This document shows positions 18,390 through 26,813 of a stretch of DNA of 64,000 nt, piece by piece. Within the stretch, counting starts at the first letter, position 1, and each line of letters starts with the position of its first letter. The notes under the pieces are model-generated. The model searched no databases. It worked only from the letters and a program-made list of their open reading frames with translations, and was not told where the DNA came from. Position numbers and translations under genes: made by a program. The stretch comes from Archaeoglobaceae archaeon (GTDB lineage Archaea > Halobacteriota > Archaeoglobi > Archaeoglobales > Archaeoglobaceae). The stretch spans positions 16,039 through 80,038 of the forward strand of contig JAVYQP010000005.1 in NCBI GenBank assembly GCA_038731605.1, read 5' to 3'.

Positions 18390-19531
18390 CAAAGAGCTCC
18401 CGCAGAGAGAGTGCCGAGGAGGTTAACTGCGGAGTTGTTTAGGTATCCTTTTTCTTCAAGGGTTGCACCTAAGAAGCTGTCAACGTGAATTCCGATGAAC
18501 GATGCAAGTATTATCGGAATAGCATGGGAGAGTTCAGAGATTCCGAGTGAAAAGGATAGGACAAAGATTATGAGACATCCAAGCAAAGCGGAGATCTCTC
18601 CGATCACAGATATCCCTCCACTCGTTCCCGGGGCGACCTTTTTGAAATTCGTTATCAGATAAACGTTCTTCGCCGTTTTCCCGATTTCGCTCGCCATTGT
18701 GTCGCCCAAAGCTGTTGCGACAGTGGCAACGAATGCGAGTGCAAAAATCGGATCTTTCGTAACCCCGAAGTTCATTGCGAAGAAGAGTGGAGCTAAACTG
18801 TTTCCGAAAACGTTCGAAAACCCTCTTGCTCCTCCGGATGGCTCGGCGATTCCAAGGCTTAGTTTTACCGAATACTTATACTTCGTAATAATCGAGCCGA
18901 GGAGATAGAAGGCCAAAAGTGTTGCGAAGAAGCTAAGGTCTGTGAAGAGAATCGTCACCGTGCCAACGATGGTTGCGCTCATCAGTCCGCTCTCATCTGC
19001 GATCTTGGCTTTCAGGGCAAGCAAAGAAATGAGGAAAGAGATCGTGAAAGCAATCGCCAAGTCTTGCAAAGAGGCGGTTGGGATGTAGATTCTAAAGATC
19101 GCAAACGTCGTCGCAACTGCGATCAAGAGAAGAACCCTTTTATCTGCGTTTGTTTTGATCGTCTCCATCAACGCTGCCGAAAGCGCTCCAGCGAGCGAGA
19201 TGAAGACGATGTATTCAACTGGGAGTAGTGTTGCATTGATCAGACTGAAAAGCGAGAAGTAAAGAATCGAAGCTGACGTGTAAATTGCGATATCCCAAAG
19301 AGGGTTCCTGCGGAATTCGTAGAAGAAAAGAAGGAAGAAGGAAGCGTAGATTATCTCCTTCTGCATGAATATCGCCAAAGCTGATAAAATAGTTGCGGTA
19401 ACCAAAACCTCAAAATCTCTCGCAAAGTGAACTGCATAGAAAAAAGTCGCTATGAGAGCGATGGCAAAGATGAGCCTCGGATCCAAGATTATTCCGACGA
19501 GGGCTACAAGCGAAAGTAAGACGTGAAACAT
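18368..19531 (-). CDS. Integral membrane protein, DUF92/TMEM19-like C-terminal domain with extra N-terminal TM segments
   Basis: About 10 or more TM helices. GGARGFSNVFGNSLAP and ALGDTMASEIGK resemble DUF92 signatures (recalled from memory, not searched). Confidence 0.55.
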   Translation of the reverse strand: MFHVLLSLVALVGIILDPRLIFAIALIATFFYAVHFARDFEVLVTATILSALAIFMQKEIIYASFFLLFFYEFRRNPLWDIAIYTSASILYFSLFSLINATLLPVEYIVFISLAGALSAALMETIKTNADKRVLLLIAVATTFAIFRIYIPTASLQDLAIAFTISFLISLLALKAKIADESGLMSATIVGTVTILFTDLSFFATLLAFYLLGSIITKYKYSVKLSLGIAEPSGGARGFSNVFGNSLAPLFFAMNFGVTKDPIFALAFVATVATALGDTMASEIGKTAKNVYLITNFKKVAPGTSGGISVIGEISALLGCLIIFVLSFSLGISELSHAIPIILASFIGIHVDSFLGATLEEKGYLNNSAVNLLGTLSAGALCYLFLIL

Positions 19532-19554
19532 TGAAAAAGGTTAAGTAGTTGGGA

Positions 19555-19562
19555 ATTTAAAT
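19555..19562. promoter_or_regulatory. Palindromic TATA-like box ATTTAAAT in a 37-bp divergent spacer
   Basis: Centred about 27 nt upstream of the DUF92-like ATG (19531, leaderless). Its symmetry could also serve the plus-strand gene. Confidence 0.35.
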
Positions 19563-19568
19563 CTTCGA

Positions 19569-20084
19569 GTGCTCCGATTGCTATACCGCATCAAACTCGA
19601 GAGGGAGGTGAAGAAGAGGGGGAGATTTCCCGAGCACATCGTTGTCATCTGTTCCAGTTTCGGAAAGAAGTTCAGAGATTTCGTTGGTTGGTGCGAGAAA
19701 TTCGGGATAAAGGAGATAACGATCTGCACGAAGGAGAAGTTTGACCTCGATTGCTTGAAAAGCGAGAAGGTAAGGATAAACGTCGTGAACTTCTCTGGGA
19801 GGGGGGAGATAGTTGAGGCGATAAGAAAAATAGCGGAAAAAGTGCTGAAGGGGGAGATAAGGGTTGAAGAAATAAACGAGGAGCTATTTGAGTCTCTTCT
19901 AAGCCTGCGCTCCCAGCCGGATTTGATCGTGAAGGCTGGGAAGGAGATTCCAGATTTTCTGATATGGCAAAGTATATACAGCGAGCTTCTATTTACGGAC
20001 GTCGATTGGGAGACGATTCGCTACATAGACTTTCTGCGCATCATTCGTGAGTATCAGAGGAGGGAGAGGAGGTATGGTAGATAA
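19569..20084 (+). CDS. Truncated cis-prenyltransferase (UPP synthase family) homologue lacking catalytic N-terminal motifs
   Basis: The C-terminal half aligns by eye with UppS (NFSGRGEIVEAIRKIAEKV..., FLIWQSIYSELLFTDVDW, RERRYGR). The DGNxRWA and FSxENW motifs are absent. Length is 171 aa, against about 250 for UppS. The start codon is uncertain (GTG 19569). Confidence 0.6.
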   Translation: MLRLLYRIKLEREVKKRGRFPEHIVVICSSFGKKFRDFVGWCEKFGIKEITICTKEKFDLDCLKSEKVRINVVNFSGRGEIVEAIRKIAEKVLKGEIRVEEINEELFESLLSLRSQPDLIVKAGKEIPDFLIWQSIYSELLFTDVDWETIRYIDFLRIIREYQRRERRYGR

Positions 20085-20532
20085 TTTGCGAATCGTTAGG
20101 GTCGTTGCGGATTACCAGTTTGGTGGTGGCGCTGGAAAAGCGCTTTTTCCAGAAAGCTGTGAATTTCTGCTCTCGAAGAACGGAAAGATAAGGCAAATCT
20201 TGGACAAAGGTAAGAGAATTGCGACGCTTAAAGCTGACACTGGGCTCCTAACTCTGAGCATCGAGGGGGCAAGAAGACTCCACAGCTTTTTTGCTTTCCC
20301 GAGGCTAAGAGTGGTCGTAACGAACGAGGTCTCGGAGTTCGTCGCAGATGGAAAAAGCGTTTTTGCGAAGCACGTTGTTGCGGTCGATGAGAAAATAAGG
20401 GCTAACGACGAAGTCCTGGTCGTCAACGAGAAAGACGAATTGTTGGCGACTGGAAAAGCTCTGCTCTCGGCGTTTGAAATGCTGGCGCTGAAGAGAGGTG
20501 TCGCAGTGAAGGTCAGGCAGGGGGTAAAATGA
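20074..20532 (+). CDS. PUA domain-containing protein (pre-PUA plus PUA)
   Basis: The C-terminus VVAVDEKIRANDEVLVVNEKDELLATGKALLSAFEM...GVAVKVRQG is PUA-like. It overlaps the upstream gene by 11 nt. Confidence 0.6.
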   Translation: MVDNLRIVRVVADYQFGGGAGKALFPESCEFLLSKNGKIRQILDKGKRIATLKADTGLLTLSIEGARRLHSFFAFPRLRVVVTNEVSEFVADGKSVFAKHVVAVDEKIRANDEVLVVNEKDELLATGKALLSAFEMLALKRGVAVKVRQGVK

Positions 20533-20915
20533 AGGTCGACAGGAAGAAGGGCGTTCTCGTGGTCGAAAGCTTTTCAAAAGCGAAGGACATAGCTTTTGAT
20601 GGTTCAATCGTTGCTGGAATCGGTTGCAGATTCCGTAAATTGGTTGCAAAGGAGATAATCATCGGGAAAGGAAGTCTCGTAATGCATGCGAAGGCTGAAA
20701 AAATAGTGCTTGGCGCTTCGTCGATCTTCGGAGTTTTGGATTGCGATGAAGCGATTTTGATGAACAACTGCGTTGGAAAGCTTTTGGTTGCAAAATCTGC
20801 GAGAATTGCTGAAAATTGCAAGGTCGAGGAGGTTAGAGCTCAGTTTTTGGAGATCTCAGGTAGCTCGAAGGTTGAGAGGGTATTCGTCGAGAAGTTGCGC
20901 TTACAAAAGTTTTAA
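20529..20915 (+). CDS. Hypothetical protein with bactofilin-like beta-helical repeat pattern
   Basis: Roughly 18-20-aa periodic hydrophobic/Gly pattern (IVAGIGCRF..IIIGKGSLV..IVLGASSIFG..). ATGA overlap with the PUA gene. Confidence 0.3.
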   Translation: MKVDRKKGVLVVESFSKAKDIAFDGSIVAGIGCRFRKLVAKEIIIGKGSLVMHAKAEKIVLGASSIFGVLDCDEAILMNNCVGKLLVAKSARIAENCKVEEVRAQFLEISGSSKVERVFVEKLRLQKF

Positions 20916-21589
20916 GGCTTGAAGTAGCCTTCACGAATCAGATCCAAAGGCAGTTTTTTCTTGTGAACCGCAGTAGCAACCAATGCTCCCTTACACCCAA
21001 TTTCGTGCAGTTTTTTAAGATCGTCGAGCCCTCCAACTCCGCCACCAGCGAGAACTGGATTCTGGGAGACTTCAACAACTTTGGAAACGAGCTCGAAGTC
21101 AACGCTCATTGTTCCGACGCTTTTTACGTTCAAAACTATTACACCATCGAGTTCCAAGGTGTTGAGAAACTCGATCGCTTCACGAAAATCTCTGAACTTC
21201 TGAGAACGGTCGACGAATTTGTCGAAGAAATCCAAGCTGACGTAGCATTTTCTGTCTATCCTCGTGATGTCGAAGGTCTCGGTGCCTAAAACAGGCTTGA
21301 ACTTAATGCCCTTCAGCTCCTCTACTTCCCTGAAACCGCAGTCCGCAATTAGCTCCTCAACTTTTCCCGCAAGCGCTTCAACGATTTGAAGGTTCTCACC
21401 TTTTCCAGCGATTCTGTCGAGGTCTGCGACGTAGAGAAACCTCGGCTTGAGAGTTTCTACGATCGAAATAGGATCGCTCGTTCTAAGGATGAGACTTTTT
21501 TCTTCGATCGGTCTATACTTCTCCCTCTCCCCTCTTTCAGCGTGAACCGCAACCCCATTTCGAATATCGAGAACGAAGAATATCTTCAC
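20912..21589 (-). CDS. HisA/HisF-family (beta/alpha)8-barrel protein
   Basis: YVADLDRIAG and VLAGGGVGGLDDLKKL phosphate-binding motifs typical of HisA/HisF paralogues. Confidence 0.7.
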   Translation of the reverse strand: MKIFFVLDIRNGVAVHAERGEREKYRPIEEKSLILRTSDPISIVETLKPRFLYVADLDRIAGKGENLQIVEALAGKVEELIADCGFREVEELKGIKFKPVLGTETFDITRIDRKCYVSLDFFDKFVDRSQKFRDFREAIEFLNTLELDGVIVLNVKSVGTMSVDFELVSKVVEVSQNPVLAGGGVGGLDDLKKLHEIGCKGALVATAVHKKKLPLDLIREGYFKP

Positions 21590-21596
21590 GACTCAA

Positions 21597-22529
21597 CTAC
21601 TGCTGGGCAAATATAACGCTTTTGAAAACTATGACGACGTTCGTGTTTAGGTTGGTTTCGATCATCGCTATCGGTAGATCTGCCTTTTTACACATGCAGG
21701 GGTTAATACCATGGCAATTTTCAGCTCTTAGAGTTGTGTTTAAAAGCTCAAACCCATCAAAGAACCTACACCACGCATCCTGGTGTTCAGTGTCTTTCAC
21801 CATTACATAAGCACGATCGAATTTTCCTTTCCATTGAACCCCCACGCCGCCGATATTGACGCCCTCAAGTCGTGAGAAAGTATAGGGTTCGTTCTCCTTC
21901 ACCAATACCTTTATTCTGCCAGACCCTCCCGCGGAGAAGTCCCCCTCCAGCGTGGGTATCGTCATCAGCAAATACATACTCGTTCCAGCGGTCGTGTTCA
22001 CGAGGATCCTCGGCTCATATAGGAGCTTTGAGTATTCTCCCTGTTTCGAGAAAATCGCCCCTCCCTCTATCGAGATCATCCAGTTCCCGTATTCGTATCT
22101 AAGAATCCCCACGGTTCTGTTCAAGACGCACGCTTGTCTATCGAACTGTCCAGCGCAGTTGCTGGGATCAGAGATCCTGCCCGTGGATAGGTTAAGGCAG
22201 TAAAGTTGGAAATTTGGAAGGTCTACGCAGTCGGAAATAGAGTTTGAATCATTAACGAAGGCAATGATAAACTCTGGTTCACCTTTTTCCAAGGAGATCA
22301 TACCACCTTGGAGCTCGATTTCGACGCTTTGTGCAGGCATACCGCCGAACGCTACTGAGTATACGATGTGCTCAATTCTCTTAAAGCTCTGCTCCAAACT
22401 TTGCGACAGAACACTTCTCTTCATGTCCTCGACCATGCTGTGAACTTGCACGAAAACGATTGCAAGAACCGCCATCACGATGCCGAAGATGTATATGTAG
22501 CCCGTAACCTCTGAAACAGCGTTCCTCAT
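21597..22529 (-). CDS. Type IV pilin-like protein (archaeal pilin N-terminal domain)
   Basis: N-terminus MRNAVSEVTGYIYIFGIVMAVLAIVF carries an AVSE-type class III signal/pilin N-terminal pattern. The extracellular part is Cys-rich. TGATG overlap with the upstream gene. Confidence 0.55.
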   Translation of the reverse strand: MRNAVSEVTGYIYIFGIVMAVLAIVFVQVHSMVEDMKRSVLSQSLEQSFKRIEHIVYSVAFGGMPAQSVEIELQGGMISLEKGEPEFIIAFVNDSNSISDCVDLPNFQLYCLNLSTGRISDPSNCAGQFDRQACVLNRTVGILRYEYGNWMISIEGGAIFSKQGEYSKLLYEPRILVNTTAGTSMYLLMTIPTLEGDFSAGGSGRIKVLVKENEPYTFSRLEGVNIGGVGVQWKGKFDRAYVMVKDTEHQDAWCRFFDGFELLNTTLRAENCHGINPCMCKKADLPIAMIETNLNTNVVIVFKSVIFAQQ

Positions 22530-23212
22530 CAGCTCACCTCGATCGAGACTATGACGAGCCGAATCTCACGACCTCCAGCGTTGACGACCACTTTCTGATC
22601 ACCGCAATCGTTGTCTTCTAAAACTCCTGTGTCTACCCGCTCTATGGCTTTTTTCCACAGCTCGCAGAACTCGCTCTCGATCTCAAGCCTCGTTGCGCTG
22701 AAGACAGTCGTGTTATCGTGTCTCATTCTCATCGTCACTTTTCCACTTGCAGAGAAGTTCCCGGTGAAGTTGTAAAACGTGAAGTAGATTGTATCGTTTG
22801 TAGCGATTATCGAGGGCTCAGAAATCGGTATCGGCACGACTCTGCCATAAGCCTTCTCAAAAATCCCGGACTCTAAGGTTACGATTCTTCCAGCGACTTC
22901 GATGTTCAAGTTTCCGAGGTTGTGAGTTTGGGTTGTTGCACCTTGGAAGCTTATCTTCGCTCCCTTGCTCGTGTAAACGCTACCCATTGTGAGCTGAATC
23001 GCCTTCATCGTTGAAACTTCGCTACCGAACTTCATCCTCTCGACGATCTCCTTCATTTCCGCCATAGTCTTTACCGCATTTCTGTAGTTTATGTTGTCGA
23101 CATTAGAAAAAATGGTGGGATAAGACATCATGTAGATGATTCCGGCTGTTAGCATCATTACAAAGATTACGAGCATCGCTCCAAACGTTTCTGAAACAGC
23201 TTTGGAGTTCAT
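22529..23212 (-). CDS. Type IV pilin-like protein (archaeal pilin N-terminal domain)
   Basis: N-terminus MNSKAVSETFGAMLVIFVMMLTAGIIY. Confidence 0.6.
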   Translation of the reverse strand: MNSKAVSETFGAMLVIFVMMLTAGIIYMMSYPTIFSNVDNINYRNAVKTMAEMKEIVERMKFGSEVSTMKAIQLTMGSVYTSKGAKISFQGATTQTHNLGNLNIEVAGRIVTLESGIFEKAYGRVVPIPISEPSIIATNDTIYFTFYNFTGNFSASGKVTMRMRHDNTTVFSATRLEIESEFCELWKKAIERVDTGVLEDNDCGDQKVVVNAGGREIRLVIVSIEVS

Positions 23213-23216
23213 GGGG

Positions 23217-26051
23217 CTACCTCAGTATTATCTGAGCGTCTCTTCCTGAGACGATCGTAACCTTGTCCCTCGCCGAGAGTATCGGCACCTTAACCCTTTC
23301 GATTTCATTCCCCATGTTGTCTAACGCAGTATACTCGATGAACGAGTTGTTGTCGTCGTTGATGTCGTATTCTCCAAATGGTGCGTTATCCTTCACCTTG
23401 AGCTTAACGACGATCTCGATGACCTCGTCTTTCTGAATCGAAGTTATGTTCACCTTCACCACTGTGTTCGTATCAGTTTCAATTACTTCGGGTGGCGGAA
23501 TTGGTGAGTTTTTACTCGACTTGACCGTTGCGCTCACGAACTTGAACGGCGATGAAATCGAAATGCTTGAGGCGTTCAAAGTTTCAGTCACATATATCTG
23601 CTTCGCTGCAATCTGGAAAGCATTGAATATCGTCTTGTAAGCTTCAACAAGCTCCTCGCTCGTCTCTGCGAAGAAGTAACAAGGCTCGTTGTTGTCTGGT
23701 CGTAGCGATGCTATTTGTCTCAAGAAATCTTGACCTCTGCCACTTATGTCGGTGCTAAAGCCAATCGTGCATATCGAGATGTTGAAGTCATTTATCTTGT
23801 AATTCTTCAGGTAGTTCGCTATGCACAACGCCTGATTCTTTGCAGCTTCGCACCAAGAGCTACCGTCACAAGATTGGGTGCAAAGATTGCAACCGTAGTA
23901 GTTTGCACCTTGATTGCAAGTCGTTGGCTCACCGTCGGTTAGCATGATGACCAGAGGTCTTAACCCGGAGATACACTCCGAGCAGTTGTTTCCGGTTTCG
24001 TTCCACACTGGTAAGACTCGTGCGCCGTAGTAGAGACCATCTGGGTGATCCGTCGCTAAGAGAGCTCTTAAGCTTAAGATCTTGCTGTTGACTGCGCTTT
24101 TGTCGTTGGTCATGTATTTGAGTGGGGAAACGTTCACTTCTACTCTCTCGGCATCTGTCGTGAAAGTCGCAAGTCCGACGGAATCCCTTTGCCCGAGCAT
24201 CTTGTTGAAGGTAATCGCTGCAAGCTTCGCTGCGTCGATGCGCTTTATCAAAGCCGTTGCTGTGAAAGTAACCGAATTCTTTGTCGTAGGCACGATTACG
24301 AAAGTATATGTTCCGGGTTGTGGATTTGGTATGAAGGCTTCTGCATTGATCCCATTACTTCCGTAGTTGTTTCTCGCCTGATACCAAGTAGTTGGTGGTG
24401 AAGGACTGTTTGCTTTCATCAAAAATTCCTTGTCACCGTTTGGCTTTATAAACCAAACGTTCAAGCTCCCGTCGTTGAATAAATCGTATCCACAAGTTCT
24501 GTTTCTGTAATCCCAGTATCTTTGGTTTCCGTCCGCAAAATAAGACTCTATTCTTATCCAACTACCCCAACCTGCCATAGACCAGCTTGGCAAGTTTCCA
24601 ACATCGCCAATCGCCAAGAATGTGTAGTTAACTCCCGACGGTAGTTCGAAGCTCACAGTTTGACTGTTCATGTATTCTAGAGTCTTGTTGAGGATCTCGT
24701 TACCTTTAAATTTGACAACGATCGTCAGATTTATCTGCTCTGGAGCTCTTGCAACGACCTCGATTTTGTAATCTCCCGCCGGAGCGTTGTTCTTGGAATA
24801 GCGTTTCCCTAACTTACCACCATCGCTGTAATCGCTTCCAGATTCGGCACCGTTGATGTATAGCTTTATGAAGGACTCGTCGTAACCGACGTTATACCAC
24901 GGGCATTTGCTCGTCGCACTACTACAAGCTTTGCAAGCGGAGTTCGAATACCAGCTCTGTAATTTATCGGTTGTATAAGCCCATACTTCGAGTTTTCCTG
25001 AACTGCTTAGGCTCACAGTTTCCGTTACAACGTTTGGAGTAACGGTGAAGCTGTATTTCTTGAAGATCGTTGGCCATATCATACTGCCTGAAACATCTAC
25101 AACATGGACAACGCTCAAATTCGTAGCTCCTTCGACGAAGAAGCCTCTGCCCTCAAGCCTGAGATGAACTTCGAACTCGTTTCCCGGGGCAACGATCCTC
25201 GGCTCAACCCACTTCTCGTAGACGATGTATGGGTTCGACTGCTGTGGATTCGTTGAAACCAACAGCCAGTTCGCATGGGTTCCGTTGCAGTCTTCTCTTC
25301 CTGCCATTTCTGCAGAAACGATTGCGTAGCACTTGTAGTCATAGGCACCTTTCTGTTGACAACCAGATGTGTCGCTGATGGTCAAGTTCACATAGATCTC
25401 TCCTCCCTGAGTTGTTCCTCTCTGTTCGGTGCCATTCCAAAGGGTTAAAGTCCAGTTCACTGTGCCTTTTATGTCTTTCGGGTTGTAGAAACTTATCTTA
25501 GCAATAGTCCAGTCGTTTAGGACAATACTGCTTGGAATAAACTCAAGCCTCGGTTTTGGAACGAAGGGACACTCTACGGTCTTATTATACTCTACTTTAG
25601 GCTTCTCATCCGATTCGCTCTCAGCCTTCCAGCTGAGAGTTTCTCCGCTTGTGTTTACTTTCATCACACTTCCATCGTTCGAAATAAACAACGTCAGACC
25701 AAGTCCGCTGACAGCGGAAACTTTTCCCCCCTCCACCCTAAGAGAAACTATGTCCGAAATCTCATCAAATTTCACGTTGTAGCCTATACCACCAATGCTC
25801 GAGGGCATCCTTATGTTCGTCGAAATCGTCCCGTTGCTCGGGAGTATCAAAACGTAATCTGTGTAAATTGCAGAGATCTGTGACGCAACGTCTGCGAAGT
25901 TGTTCTCCATTACCCTAACGATTTGAACATCGCTTAAAGTTTCGTGGAGCTGTAAGCTCATCACAACTACGAAAACGCTCAAAATTCCCATCAAAATTAG
26001 GTATTCAACGAGGATCGAAACCCCCTTATCATCGACATCCCGTGCCATCAC
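23217..26051 (-). CDS. Large pilin-like surface protein with vWA domain (944 aa)
   Basis: N-terminus DDKGVSILVEYLILMGILSVFVVV is a class III signal-like sequence. MIDAS DVSGSM is at aa 319-324. SVGLATF and VIMLTDGEPT lie at aa 624-710. There are many Cys residues and N-x-S/T sequons. Confidence 0.7.
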   Translation of the reverse strand: MMARDVDDKGVSILVEYLILMGILSVFVVVMSLQLHETLSDVQIVRVMENNFADVASQISAIYTDYVLILPSNGTISTNIRMPSSIGGIGYNVKFDEISDIVSLRVEGGKVSAVSGLGLTLFISNDGSVMKVNTSGETLSWKAESESDEKPKVEYNKTVECPFVPKPRLEFIPSSIVLNDWTIAKISFYNPKDIKGTVNWTLTLWNGTEQRGTTQGGEIYVNLTISDTSGCQQKGAYDYKCYAIVSAEMAGREDCNGTHANWLLVSTNPQQSNPYIVYEKWVEPRIVAPGNEFEVHLRLEGRGFFVEGATNLSVVHVVDVSGSMIWPTIFKKYSFTVTPNVVTETVSLSSSGKLEVWAYTTDKLQSWYSNSACKACSSATSKCPWYNVGYDESFIKLYINGAESGSDYSDGGKLGKRYSKNNAPAGDYKIEVVARAPEQINLTIVVKFKGNEILNKTLEYMNSQTVSFELPSGVNYTFLAIGDVGNLPSWSMAGWGSWIRIESYFADGNQRYWDYRNRTCGYDLFNDGSLNVWFIKPNGDKEFLMKANSPSPPTTWYQARNNYGSNGINAEAFIPNPQPGTYTFVIVPTTKNSVTFTATALIKRIDAAKLAAITFNKMLGQRDSVGLATFTTDAERVEVNVSPLKYMTNDKSAVNSKILSLRALLATDHPDGLYYGARVLPVWNETGNNCSECISGLRPLVIMLTDGEPTTCNQGANYYGCNLCTQSCDGSSWCEAAKNQALCIANYLKNYKINDFNISICTIGFSTDISGRGQDFLRQIASLRPDNNEPCYFFAETSEELVEAYKTIFNAFQIAAKQIYVTETLNASSISISSPFKFVSATVKSSKNSPIPPPEVIETDTNTVVKVNITSIQKDEVIEIVVKLKVKDNAPFGEYDINDDNNSFIEYTALDNMGNEIERVKVPILSARDKVTIVSGRDAQIILR

Positions 26052-26340
26052 AAAAACTCACCTCCGCATTCTTAAATTCCACTTTCTCTTTGCTCACATA
26101 ACAAATCCAACCATTCTTAGCGCAAAGGATTTCGATTTGCTTCTGAACTTCGTCGCTATCTACACTTGGGCTTATTTCCATTAAATTTCTTATCTCTTCT
26201 TTCGGGAAAGCCAACATGGTTCTTGAGCTCTCCATTCCAGCGATCAAGTTCTGTGCGTAGATGTATGAAAGGGAGAGAACGATTACCACTACAGCAGCTG
26301 AAAAGATCAAGATCATCTGCCCCTTTTCGTTCATCGCCAT
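26029..26340 (-). CDS. Small pilin-like protein (KGQ-type class III signal)
   Basis: MAMNEKGQMILIFSAAVVVIVLSLSYIY. Start chosen at 26340; 26334 is also possible and the track ORF extends to 26379. Confidence 0.45.
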   Translation of the reverse strand: MAMNEKGQMILIFSAAVVVIVLSLSYIYAQNLIAGMESSRTMLAFPKEEIRNLMEISPSVDSDEVQKQIEILCAKNGWICYVSKEKVEFKNAEVSFCDGTGCR

Positions 26341-26813
26341 AGCGTCAACCTCACCTCTGCAACTTTTGCACCTGGGCATAGAGTTTCAAAATTACCTACA
26401 ACAAACCTACTAACCCTTACAGCGTTTGGCGTAGGGGTTTTGTTAAAACCGTCAAGAACGAAGACCTTTATCTCTCGAGTCGTCTCGTTTACGAGCAGAA
26501 CTTCAACCCTGCCGTTCGCAGTTATGTTCGAAAGAATTGCAGTCAGAGTCTCTCTGAACTCTTGTGGGGTGTTGCAGATACTGTCTGCGTCGCAACTTAA
26601 GTTTCCAAGCATCCCCTTCAAAGTCTCGTTTCCTCCACTTGTGTCAAGAACCCTCAGGATGTCGTAACCCAACTGCTTCAGCTGAACGTTCTCGAACTCG
26701 CTCCAGGCAGGAGACATGACCACAGTGCTCTGGAAGATTGTATAGGTGGCAATTAGGAGTAAGAGTGAAGCTGCAACGCCTTCGAGCGTGAAAGTCTGCC
26801 CCTTCAGATCCAT
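26331..26813 (-). CDS. Pilin-like protein (KGQ-TFTLEG N-terminus)
   Basis: MDLKGQTFTLEGVAASLLLLIATYTIF resembles prepilin-like N-termini of archaeal minor pilins. Confidence 0.5.
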   Translation of the reverse strand: MDLKGQTFTLEGVAASLLLLIATYTIFQSTVVMSPAWSEFENVQLKQLGYDILRVLDTSGGNETLKGMLGNLSCDADSICNTPQEFRETLTAILSNITANGRVEVLLVNETTREIKVFVLDGFNKTPTPNAVRVSRFVVGNFETLCPGAKVAEVRLTLWR

